The translations under genes were made by a program, and so were the position numbers. From Bacteroidota bacterium (GTDB lineage: Bacteria > Bacteroidota > Bacteroidia > Bacteroidales > JAAUTT01): a DNA stretch of 64,000 nt. The notes beneath the pieces are model-generated. The model was not told the DNA's origin, searched no databases, and saw only the letters and a list, made by a program, of their open reading frames with translations. Each line of letters starts with the position of its first letter. Position 1 is the first letter of the stretch. The DNA is taken from positions 4,076 to 68,075 of the forward strand of contig JAJYAG010000013.1 of the NCBI GenBank assembly GCA_021779665.1, given 5' to 3'. Of the stretch, positions 1 through 8,575 are shown in pieces.

Positions 1-99
1 ATTAGCGGCTTAGGCCGCGAGGAACAGGCTCATAGTTTTTACAGGAAAATGGGATATCAGGTTACAGGGTATCTGTTTGAAAAGGTAAAACCATCTTAA
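1..99 (+). CDS. GNAT-family N-acetyltransferase, C-terminal fragment (5' part outside window)
   Basis: Frame 1 is open from base 1 and reads ISGLGREEQAHSFYRKMGYQVTGYLFEKVKPS, with stop TAA at 97-99. The FY-x-K-x-GY tail is the usual GNAT C-terminus. The fragment is truncated, so the call is weak. Confidence 0.4.
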   Translation: MSGLGREEQAHSFYRKMGYQVTGYLFEKVKPS

Positions 100-299
100 T
101 TATTTGATAGTGTTTCTTTTATCGGAAGCGCCTTTTCAAGGGTTTTTCCGGAGGAATCTTTTTTTCTAATTAATAGAGGTTTTGTGCAGTAGTAATTCAG
201 CGCGAAACCTCTGTTTTTATATAGCAGCCGAAATTTGATGTTTAATGGTTTATTAGCAGTAACTCTAAAAATGTTTTAAATTTACTGTTTTTCAATACC

Positions 300-1151
300 A
301 TGGAATTTACATCATCTGTTATCGATCTTATTCGCAAAAGGAGATCAGTACGAAGCTATAGAAATGAAAAGCTGGCTCCCGAAACTATCACCATAATCGA
401 AAAAATTCTACAGTCTTCTTCTTCAGGCCCCTTTGGGAACCAAGTCAGCTTTCGTCTTGTGGAAAAATCGTGGGCGCGTGAGAACGCTGGTGTAAAGCTG
501 GGTACATACGGATTTATAACCGGTGCCGGATATTTTATTGCCGGTGAAGTAAAGCCGCACGACAACTGCTTTGAAGATTATGGCTTTCTGCTCGAAACTG
601 TAATGTTGCATCTTACGGATCTCAACCTGGGCACCTGTTGGCTGGGAGGAACTTTTAAGCGAAGTGATTTCGCCGAGGTGCTTGGTACCGATCAGGATAT
701 GGTTATTCCGGCTATTACTCCGGTTGGGTTTGCTGCCGATAAAAAATCAATACGGGAAAGTATTATCCGGTGGGGCGCAAAGTCGGATAACCGAAAGCCT
801 TGGACGGAGCTGTTTTTTGACAATGATTTTTCGACTCCCCTGACGGAAGCAAGTGCCGGAAAATTTCAGTTGCCTTTGGAAATGCTGCGGTTAGCTCCGT
901 CGGCATCGAACAAACAACCCTGGAGAATAGTAAAGACCAACGGTTTCTTTCATTTCTACCTGAAGAGAACACCAGGCTACGGAAAATTCGACGGGATGGA
1001 TCTTCAAAAAATTGATATGGGAATAGCCATGGCCCACTTTGCATTGAGCTGTGACTCGCAGCAACTGAAGGGCACATGGACAAAGCAAAACCCGGGTATT
1101 CCGGATCGGAATGCTGAGTATACAATAAGCTGGCAGATCGTTGCCGGATAA
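300..1151 (+). CDS. nitroreductase-family FMN oxidoreductase
   Basis: 283-aa ORF. It has the N-terminal RKRRSVRSY motif and the overall layout of the nitroreductase fold. Only shadow ORFs overlap it. Confidence 0.75.
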   Translation: MEFTSSVIDLIRKRRSVRSYRNEKLAPETITIIEKILQSSSSGPFGNQVSFRLVEKSWARENAGVKLGTYGFITGAGYFIAGEVKPHDNCFEDYGFLLETVMLHLTDLNLGTCWLGGTFKRSDFAEVLGTDQDMVIPAITPVGFAADKKSIRESIIRWGAKSDNRKPWTELFFDNDFSTPLTEASAGKFQLPLEMLRLAPSASNKQPWRIVKTNGFFHFYLKRTPGYGKFDGMDLQKIDMGIAMAHFALSCDSQQLKGTWTKQNPGIPDRNAEYTISWQIVAG

Positions 1152-1184
1152 GGCATACCACCCTATCCGGAACAGGTACTCCTA

Positions 1185-1697
1185 TCAAAAACGAATTTTT
1201 CTGAATTCGTCCTTCATTCTTTTGATGTCGGTGAGCCAGTCTTCAATGTCGTTCTCATGTTCCAGTTCCTCGTTGAGAATGGTTACAGCCATTTGATGCG
1301 TGCTGTGGTCTTTTCCGTTTGTGAAATCGGCGATATCCTTATACCGTTGAATAGCGCAACGTTCACCTTTGAGGTTCTGTTCCAGGATAACTTCAATATA
1401 AGGGTCGGCTGGTTCATCATAGGTACACCTGGCCAATTTCGTCCAGTTTTCGGGGTTAATAACCGGCGTTCCCCCCAGTTGTATAATCCGGTCGACAACC
1501 AAAACGGCATGACCGAGTTCCTGTGTGGCATGAAGCAAAAGTTCAGGCTCCACTTCGCTTCTCATCGGCCCTTCCATAAGGCGGGCACCGATCCAGTATT
1601 GGTAGTAAGCCAGCCATTCTTCCGAAAGAGCGGCATTTAGCATTTCAAGTAAACGGTTCACATCTACTGATGCGACATTGATAGCTTCTTTTCCCAT
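1185..1697 (-). CDS. ferritin-like (Dps-like / bacterioferritin-like) protein
   Basis: 170-aa ORF with a helix-bundle ferritin-like pattern. Paired E/H ligand motifs (QELGHA, EELEHE) are present. Confidence 0.6.
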   Translation of the reverse strand: MGKEAINVASVDVNRLLEMLNAALSEEWLAYYQYWIGARLMEGPMRSEVEPELLLHATQELGHAVLVVDRIIQLGGTPVINPENWTKLARCTYDEPADPYIEVILEQNLKGERCAIQRYKDIADFTNGKDHSTHQMAVTILNEELEHENDIEDWLTDIKRMKDEFRKIRF

Positions 1698-1889
1698 GAT
1701 ATTGTGTGTATAAAAAATGGTTTTGTAAATAATGAAACAATGTTGGGGGCGATTTTCATTCTTAATGTGTAATTTAAAATGATTCTAATTCGCTTTGGAG
1801 AGGCGAAGAGTTTCGATGCTACGACAAGTTTTCAGAATAAAAATCGTTATCAACATCAATCAATGCAGATAGCGTCAGTTTTCAATAAT

Positions 1890-3518
1890 TTACTTAATCC
1901 ACATCTTCTTCGCCGGTATAAATGGATTATCTGAATTAAATTTTGGCTTCACACCTTCGTTGGCATAATAAACTCCTATTTGCCTGGCAAGTTCAAGCTC
2001 TTGCAAAATACCGTCATATCTGAACCATGGTTTCACTTCATCAAACGGTGTATGGTAGTTTAATCCACCGTCATCCATAATGGCTTTTAACTGGCCTTTG
2101 CTTAAAGAAGGGTACTTTTCCGGAATTTGCTCAAACACCAGATTCATTACCAAAACGTCATGAAGCGCAAAAGGATAGCTCTCTACCCTGAAGTTTAAGT
2201 ATTCACTATCAGATTTTGATAGTTCTAATTCCAGATTTTCTTTGGCAGTAATTTCCTTTATTTGATTTATGGCATTCGTAAAAGCAAGGGGTTTCAATTC
2301 TATTGAACCTGCTTTTCCAAGGAAGTTCATCATATCGAGATTAATGCCTGCAACTGTTTTCTCCATCGGAATTACCGGGTTCTTTATATAATGAAGAATG
2401 CCCTGAAACGCCATTTCCTCGGCAGTTGTCGCCACAAAAATAACGGTTCGTTTTTGCGGATGAGTGGAAAAATAATGAGCCAGAAGAATTGTACCTGCAG
2501 TTCCGCTTGCATTATCAATAGCCCCGTTAAAAATGCTGTCGCCGTTTTCAGGTCGCAAAACGCCAAGGTGATCGTAATGCGACATGTAAATAAATGCCTC
2601 ATCCGGGTTTTCAGTTCCTTTTATATATCCCACAATATTGGGCGAAGTGAAATTTTTTACATGCTGTTCGAATGATGTATTGACTTGTAACGACATAGAA
2701 TAAGGAAGGAAATCCCTGTTATCTGCTTTTCTGACAAGATCACCTGTACTGGTTTTAAGGTTGTTTAGCACCCGATTGAAAGCATCTTCTTCAATAAACG
2801 ACACTAAATCTATTTTTGAGTCAATTGAATAATCGCCGAATGATATGTTTTTGATATAATTTTGCCATCCGGGAAATTGGAACTTACCATCTTTTTGGAC
2901 AATAAATATTATTCCCTTTGCTCCTTTTCTGAACGCCGTTTCTGCCTTGCTTTGAAAAGAGCCGTAATATGTAGTTTCTCCTTTTTTGTATAAAGGACTC
3001 TGAAAATCGGGATGGTTCAACAGGCATACAGCTATCTTGTTTTTTACATCTGCACCTTTATAATCGTCCCAGTTATACTCAGGCGCAACAACGCCATAAC
3101 CTACAAATACGAGTTCGCCTTCAATTTGGGCCGTTTTATTATCCTGTTTGCTGGTGAATACAATTTCATCAAAGGGAACAATTTGTTCTTTAAAATTTTT
3201 CCCCGAGATCACAAAACTTGTATGCTTATAATCGGGTTGATAAGAATGTATATTCACCTGCTGAAAGTATCCGTTATTTGAAACCGGTGTCAGCCCGATT
3301 TTTTTGAATTGTGAAGCTATATAATTCGCTGCTCTTGTTGCACCTTCAGTACCCGGCAAACGCCCCTGCATATTGTCGTCCGAAAGTATTGCCAGGTTGT
3401 TTTTATATTCCAGTGTGTCGAAATTACTTGTTTTCAGCCGTTCGGATTTACCGCATGCAATTAAAATAAACAGGCAACAAGGTACAAAGCAGGTTAGGGA
3501 TAAGTTTTTCATAGCCAT
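1890..3518 (-). CDS. M28-family zinc aminopeptidase, probable lipoprotein
   Basis: 542-aa ORF. The signal peptide ends in LIAC. HYDHLG, DNASG and TTAEE motifs match the peptidase M28 metal ligands. Confidence 0.8.
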   Translation of the reverse strand: MAMKNLSLTCFVPCCLFILIACGKSERLKTSNFDTLEYKNNLAILSDDNMQGRLPGTEGATRAANYIASQFKKIGLTPVSNNGYFQQVNIHSYQPDYKHTSFVISGKNFKEQIVPFDEIVFTSKQDNKTAQIEGELVFVGYGVVAPEYNWDDYKGADVKNKIAVCLLNHPDFQSPLYKKGETTYYGSFQSKAETAFRKGAKGIIFIVQKDGKFQFPGWQNYIKNISFGDYSIDSKIDLVSFIEEDAFNRVLNNLKTSTGDLVRKADNRDFLPYSMSLQVNTSFEQHVKNFTSPNIVGYIKGTENPDEAFIYMSHYDHLGVLRPENGDSIFNGAIDNASGTAGTILLAHYFSTHPQKRTVIFVATTAEEMAFQGILHYIKNPVIPMEKTVAGINLDMMNFLGKAGSIELKPLAFTNAINQIKEITAKENLELELSKSDSEYLNFRVESYPFALHDVLVMNLVFEQIPEKYPSLSKGQLKAIMDDGGLNYHTPFDEVKPWFRYDGILQELELARQIGVYYANEGVKPKFNSDNPFIPAKKMWIK

Positions 3519-3828
3519 TGCGTTTAGGTTTTATAGAAATATAAGGATTGCATAATTAGCCCGAATTAGGTAATTGTAAATGCTTTACTGACTCTTTATA
3601 AAGTTAAAGTGATGAAAGACGTTTGTCAAGTAAATGAGCTTATTTATTTGTTCATCTTTATGTTAAAGAGTGATAAAAACGGATATGTTAACAATGCAGG
3701 ATCGAGTTGGTAAAAGTTAAAAGTAACTCTGCTCTGCGCGAAAGCTGGTTGGTGAGTAGTCTTTAATTTCCGTCTGACAGAATTGAGTTTTTACACTTTT
3801 CGGGGAATATCCGGGGATTTTCAATAAA

Positions 3829-3871
3829 CAAAAAACCCGAAAGCTTGATTTTACTCGCTTCCGGGTTTTTT
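3829..3871 (-). terminator. hairpin terminator downstream of the orphan tRNA-Cys 3' fragment (ancestral tRNA-Cys terminator)
   Basis: ACCCGAAAGC (3835-3844) pairs with GCTTCCGGGT (3857-3866) with one mismatch. A-runs and T-runs flank it on both sides. Confidence 0.45.
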
Positions 3872-3872
3872 A

Positions 3873-3889
3873 TTGAGGTCGATGGCGGA
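3873..3889. repeat. attL core (TTGAGGTCGATGGCGGA)
   Basis: Exact copy of 10366-10382. It corresponds to the last 14 nt of tRNA-Cys plus 3 flanking nt, with no tRNA body attached. Confidence 0.8.
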
Positions 3890-4006
3890 CGCCAAATGTT
3901 TATTTTCTTTATTATTTACCTTTATTGTTAACCCTCTGTAAATACTGAATTATAAGTACATTCAAGTTAAAATAAATTAAAAGGAATTAAAATAAAATAA
4001 GGTTTC

Positions 4007-4026
4007 ACTGAGAAAATACTGAGAAA
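4007..4026 (+). repeat. 20-bp repeat ACTGAGAAAATACTGAGAAA (putative integrase arm-type site, left)
   Basis: Identical 20-mer at 10291-10310 in the same orientation. Each copy contains the tandem CTGAGAAA-ATA-CTGAGAAA. Confidence 0.5.
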
Positions 4027-4063
4027 GTATTAAATTTACATAACTATTGAAATATCAATATTT

Positions 4064-5425
4064 ATGGCAGCAATAAAATATATCGTAAAATCTGTTGAAA
4101 AGAAACGCCTTGCAAGTATTTACTTAAGGTTTGTTTCAAGCAATGATATTAATATTTGGGTTTCCATACCTTTAAAAGTTTACCCTGAATATTGGAGTAA
4201 TAAAAAGGAGGGTTTTATTAATAAGATTGCTTATGATGATCTTTTCACAGAAGCGGAAAAAATAGGGATTGAAAAGGAGCTTAATGATTTAAGGAGCTTT
4301 ATACTTAGCCAATATAACGAGAGCGCAAAAACAGGTTTTACTTTGAATAGAGAATGGTTGAAATCTGTTATTGACAAGTATTTTAATAAACAGGTTGTTG
4401 TAAAAGAAAACCTCAACCAATATATTACCAGGTTCATTAAGGAAATTGAATCCGGCGAACGGCTCTATACTCATAACGATAAAACGAAACGTTATGAAAA
4501 AGGATCAATCAAAAACTTTAAAGGTTTTCAGGTTCAGTTTGATTTATACCAAAGTGAAAAAAGGGTGAAATTAAATTTTGATTCAATCACGTTGGATTTT
4601 TACGACTTGTTTGTAAAGCATTTTATTAAAAAGGATTATTCAGCTAACACCATTGGAAAACACGTTGCACGTCTCAAAACTATAATGAGATGTTCAAAGG
4701 ATGAAGGATTGCACACTTCGCAGGAATTTGAGCGAAAGAAGTTCAAAACCATGAAAGAAAAAGTTGAAAACATTTATTTGACTGAAAAAGAGGTTGGTTT
4801 AATGCAGTCCTTTGATTTTTCAAAGTTGACGCCTGAACAGATTGTTATTATGCAGGAAAACGGAATAACCAACATTAATCATTTAGACATTGCCAGGGAT
4901 GTTTTTTTAGTGGGCGTTTATACGGCTCAAAGATTTTCCGATTTTTCAAAGATCAAACCTGAAAATATTCAGAATAGGCAAGGCGGATTGAAAATTATAA
5001 GCCTTATACAGCAAAAGACAGGCGAAAGGGTAATCATTCCAATAAGGCCGGAATTAGATGTTATTTTGAATAAATACGGGTATAGATTGCCCAAAGTATT
5101 TGAACAGAAAATTAATAAGGCTATCAAGGTTATTGGATCTATTTTGGATATAAACGAACCTACTTTAATTGAGGAAACTAAAGGCGGATTCAAGGTTAAA
5201 AAGACCGTTCCCAAATACGACCTAATTAAAACCCATACCGCCCGGCGGACTGGTTGCACCCTTATGTATTTGGCCGGGGTTCCTACAATTGATATTATGA
5301 AAATATCAGGACATAAAACAGAACGTGAGTTTTTGAATTATATCAAAGTTGGCAAAGAAGAAACCGCCATAAATCTTTCAAAACATCCTTATTTTTTAGG
5401 TAACAATTTAAAGTTAGTAATGTAA
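4064..5425 (+). CDS. int: tyrosine recombinase / integrase (Bacteroidota phage-integrase type)
   Basis: 453-aa ORF. Catalytic-domain motifs are AQRFSD (Arg), HTARRTG (H-x-x-R) and GHKTEREFLNYIK (His...Tyr). The long N-terminal arm-binding/SAM-like region is typical of Bacteroidota integrases. Confidence 0.85.
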   Translation: MAAIKYIVKSVEKKRLASIYLRFVSSNDINIWVSIPLKVYPEYWSNKKEGFINKIAYDDLFTEAEKIGIEKELNDLRSFILSQYNESAKTGFTLNREWLKSVIDKYFNKQVVVKENLNQYITRFIKEIESGERLYTHNDKTKRYEKGSIKNFKGFQVQFDLYQSEKRVKLNFDSITLDFYDLFVKHFIKKDYSANTIGKHVARLKTIMRCSKDEGLHTSQEFERKKFKTMKEKVENIYLTEKEVGLMQSFDFSKLTPEQIVIMQENGITNINHLDIARDVFLVGVYTAQRFSDFSKIKPENIQNRQGGLKIISLIQQKTGERVIIPIRPELDVILNKYGYRLPKVFEQKINKAIKVIGSILDINEPTLIEETKGGFKVKKTVPKYDLIKTHTARRTGCTLMYLAGVPTIDIMKISGHKTEREFLNYIKVGKEETAINLSKHPYFLGNNLKLVM

Positions 5426-6609
5426 TGTACAAGCCAATAAGTATAGATAAAGGCCAATTAAATAGGCCGAAATCCATTGAAAGTTTACATGCCTATTTAA
5501 TGCAGCTTTATAAAGAATATGAAGGTACCCAGTTTGAATTTTGTGAAGTTATATTAGGTGAATGTTTACAAGATATTACCTATTTAGAAGATTTGGAGGA
5601 GAAATTGAAAAATCAACCTCAATCAGATTCCGTTTTTTCTTCTCGAGATAGACACCAGACAGTTAAAGAAAATTTAGAATCAATAAAAGACATTATTCTT
5701 ACTATAAGGAACAATATTATTATTGAATTCGAAAAGTTAATTTACTCTGACAAACTAAAAAAATGGTATGAAATTGCGGGATCCTATGGATATTCTGGTA
5801 AAGGTTATACAGACGAAAACGGGAACGAAAAAATACTTTCAATTTTTCCGGGAAAAGAGAACAAGGAAGATATTTACCTATATAATTTGGAACGTTTGGA
5901 ATACACATACGATGCTTTAAATCCATATTTTAACGATCCTCATAATAACGGGACTATCAAGCCTTTAAAAATGCTCATGGATGACTTTTTATATAAGGTT
6001 GAATCAATGGCATTGCCTTCAAAAGAGCGTTTTACCGGGTTAGAAATTGAAAAATGTATCAAGTCTCAAAAGACCGATTTTTATATAAGTCAATGGAATC
6101 TTTATGGCATTTTAGACCTAAAGAAAATAACTGTGGTTATCGATCCTGTTCATTATATTATGGTTTATTCTACCGAAAAATATTTAGAATTTTTAATGGG
6201 ATATAAAGAAAATGGATATTGTATTAAACTTGAAAAGGAAAACCTCAGTCTGTCAAAGATATATGATGAAGGACTTAAACCAATTCAAGTACAACCCTCA
6301 AAAACATCTGAGAAACTTTCTCACCGGGAAATTGCATTTATTTGTCAGTATGAAGACATTTACCTTGATAAAAATTTAGCAATTGAAAAGTTAAAAAAAT
6401 TTGATCTTCCAATAAGCCCCACATCAGGAAAACAGTTAATAGATGATTATAATAAATTCAATACTCCAAGCCAAAGGACTGCTGAAAACGTGCGAACCGT
6501 TAACGTTATTCGTAAAATATTGCCGTTATTATCTGAAAAGGCTAAATTATTAGCTGAAAGTGAATTGCAAATTGCTATTAATAAGCAAAGTAAAAAAAGA
6601 GAAGAATAG
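5425..6609 (+). CDS. hypothetical protein (ORFan), start overlaps the integrase stop
   Basis: 394-aa ORF. Its ATG shares the A of the int stop codon (TAATG at 5423-5427). I recognise no motif in it. Confidence 0.7.
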   Translation: MYKPISIDKGQLNRPKSIESLHAYLMQLYKEYEGTQFEFCEVILGECLQDITYLEDLEEKLKNQPQSDSVFSSRDRHQTVKENLESIKDIILTIRNNIIIEFEKLIYSDKLKKWYEIAGSYGYSGKGYTDENGNEKILSIFPGKENKEDIYLYNLERLEYTYDALNPYFNDPHNNGTIKPLKMLMDDFLYKVESMALPSKERFTGLEIEKCIKSQKTDFYISQWNLYGILDLKKITVVIDPVHYIMVYSTEKYLEFLMGYKENGYCIKLEKENLSLSKIYDEGLKPIQVQPSKTSEKLSHREIAFICQYEDIYLDKNLAIEKLKKFDLPISPTSGKQLIDDYNKFNTPSQRTAENVRTVNVIRKILPLLSEKAKLLAESELQIAINKQSKKREE

Positions 6610-6700
6610 ATTAATTTTTTAACCAGTTTGTAACCGGTTCTAAACCGGTGCAAGTGATTAAGCGAGTGTAAGTTTGCGTAAATAAATAAAAGAAACGCAA

Positions 6701-6994
6701 ATGGAAAACTCAATTATCTTATCAAATGTAACCCCGGAGCAATTGTATAATGCTTTCAGGGGTATTGTCAGGGAGGAACTTTCAAACCTTAAGCCTACCA
6801 AAGAAGAAACTAAGTACCGCACCCGCAAAGAAGTAAAAGACCTTCTTAAAATTTCATTACCCACACTTAATAGCTATACCCGCAAAGGAATTTTAAAAGG
6901 TTCCCGGATTGGTTCCCGTGTATTGTATTCTGAACAGGATATTGAACAGGCTGTAAAAGATATTCCTGTTTTAAAGTATAGGAGGGTTAAATAA
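6701..6994 (+). CDS. HTH_17 / AlpA-excisionase-like DNA-binding protein
   Basis: 97-aa ORF. The segment RKEVKDLLKISLPTLNSYTRKGILKGSRIGSRVLYSEQDIEQAV fits the MerR-like excisionase/AlpA helix-turn-helix pattern. Confidence 0.65.
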   Translation: MENSIILSNVTPEQLYNAFRGIVREELSNLKPTKEETKYRTRKEVKDLLKISLPTLNSYTRKGILKGSRIGSRVLYSEQDIEQAVKDIPVLKYRRVK

Positions 6995-7263
6995 TGAAAC
7001 ATACACCTTCTATTTTGGAGAATCTTTCCGCCCCTGGCGAATACGAAAAGATACAAAAACGAATTCAAAAACTTCTATTATCAGGTGAAACGTTAACGAC
7101 ATTCACCGGGAATAAATTAGCTCATACCGTTGATTTTAGAAAGGCCGTTTCTGATTTAAGAAGGAAAGGGTTGCCCATACTCGATGCATGGGAAAAGAAC
7201 GGGCGTAAACGCTATAAACGGTATTGGATTAATCCTGAATATATCAAAACATTGGCAAAATGA
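6994..7263 (+). CDS. small winged-helix-like DNA-binding protein
   Basis: 89-aa ORF with a TAATG overlap on the upstream gene. The segment FRKAVSDLRRKGLPILDAWEKNGRKRYKRYWI matches the R-I-x-x-LR-x-x-G-x-x-I...Y wHTH pattern seen in small phage/plasmid proteins. Confidence 0.5.
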   Translation: MKHTPSILENLSAPGEYEKIQKRIQKLLLSGETLTTFTGNKLAHTVDFRKAVSDLRRKGLPILDAWEKNGRKRYKRYWINPEYIKTLAK

Positions 7264-8549
7264 TTGACGGGATTGAATGTTATAACGTGGCCGTTAATAT
7301 TGATGAACTTTTAAAGAATCCATTATTAGAATGGCAATTTAAAGGAAGTGCCACAACAGGCGAAATAAAACAGCATAATTCATCCGTTAAAGGGTTATTC
7401 TTTAGGATTAAGGATGAAAAGGCTGTTAAACTTGCCGGAAGTATTCATAAGTATTTCAATGAAGGGTTATTTAATTCAAACGACTTTTATTTTCTTGACA
7501 TCTGTTTTACAATCAATAAACTTCAATCAGATTTTGATATAAACCTTAAGGAAACAAAGATTAATAATGTTGAATTTGGGGTTAATGTTGAGGTTGATTT
7601 CAACGAACTATCAAAACACCTGGTTAAATATTATTGCGGACATGGGATGAAGTTTAATGACTTGCCCGGCGTTGAGGTTGAATTGTCAAAGTACATTCTT
7701 AAGATTTATAAAAAGTTGCCGAATGTTACCAGGTTTGAAATACATGTGAAAAAGATGCAATATTTATCAGGCCGGAAAGATCCTATTTGCTTAAATGTTC
7801 TTTCAGATCTTTTAACCCCTGAGATATACCCCAAATTAAAAGAAATACTGGTAAGTACTATTGATGATTTATTGTTTATTGAACCGTCTGTTTTAACCAA
7901 TATTAAGGGCGAAAATTCAAACAATTATATGTATTTTGAATATTGGCTAAACCTCAACAGTAATCAAAGAGAATACCACTTAAAACGGTTTAGGGAAATT
8001 GGAGAAAGTACCGGAGGGAATTGGATGCAAAAACGACTAAAAGAATCAGTTTCCCAAAAATGTGATGAACTATTTAACAACCCGGCAAAAGTACCGATTT
8101 TAAGTACTCATTATATTCAACCAGTTTCAAAACATTACCCGGCAAAAGTACCGATTGAAAATAAGAGTACCCGGCTAAAGTACACTTTAGATAAAATGTA
8201 CTTTAGACATCCTGATAAATTAGTTTGTCAGGTTACCGGGATAGATATTTCCATGCAAAAACCAGGTTCAAAGTTTTTATCCATTGTTGGTTTAAAATGG
8301 ATTTATGAAAATGATAAACCAACATTTGAAAGCTTGAAAAAAGAAAGGTTAACACAACGGTGGGAAAATGAACCGTTAAATATTCAGATCCGGGAAATTG
8401 CCCACAACATCCGCAATAAATATTTTAACCCTGGCAATAATCCGAGAAACAACACAAAGAACAGCATCAAAAAAGTATTGCAGCATCCTTCTTTATTCAA
8501 TACACTCGAATTAATAAGACCTGAAAAACGGGCAATTGCCGGAATATAA
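7260..8549 (+). CDS. putative replication initiator (Rep_trans / phage gene-II-like) or Rep-type relaxase
   Basis: 429-aa ORF with an ATGA overlap on the upstream gene. It starts MIDG and contains GSIHKYFNEGLFNSNDF, VEFGVNVEVD and ILKIYKK...TRFEIHVKK. These resemble the GS-x-x-K-x-x-x-G-x-N, RlDla-D and RiYDK...R-x-E motifs of Rep_trans/II-X initiators. There is no P-loop. This is a recollection-based call. Confidence 0.45.
   Translation: MIDGIECYNVAVNIDELLKNPLLEWQFKGSATTGEIKQHNSSVKGLFFRIKDEKAVKLAGSIHKYFNEGLFNSNDFYFLDICFTINKLQSDFDINLKETKINNVEFGVNVEVDFNELSKHLVKYYCGHGMKFNDLPGVEVELSKYILKIYKKLPNVTRFEIHVKKMQYLSGRKDPICLNVLSDLLTPEIYPKLKEILVSTIDDLLFIEPSVLTNIKGENSNNYMYFEYWLNLNSNQREYHLKRFREIGESTGGNWMQKRLKESVSQKCDELFNNPAKVPILSTHYIQPVSKHYPAKVPIENKSTRLKYTLDKMYFRHPDKLVCQVTGIDISMQKPGSKFLSIVGLKWIYENDKPTFESLKKERLTQRWENEPLNIQIREIAHNIRNKYFNPGNNPRNNTKNSIKKVLQHPSLFNTLELIRPEKRAIAGI
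8080..8183 (+). repeat. iteron-like direct repeats inside the rep ORF
   Basis: ACCCGGCAAAAGTACCGATT occurs at 8080-8099 and 8137-8156, exact and 57 bp apart. A third partial copy, ACCCGGCTAAAGTAC, is at 8169-8183. GTAC(A)CTTTAG x2 follows. Confidence 0.6.
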
Positions 8550-8575
8550 TTTGTAAACAACAAAACATCAAAACA

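Noticed and set aside
3519-3828. 310-bp non-coding gap between the M28 peptidase start and the orphan tRNA fragment, considered as a possible sRNA or second tRNA
   Set aside because: I could not fold a cloverleaf or recognise any known RNA family (SRP, 6S, tmRNA, RNase P) by eye. It most simply contains the peptidase promoter region. It is left unannotated.
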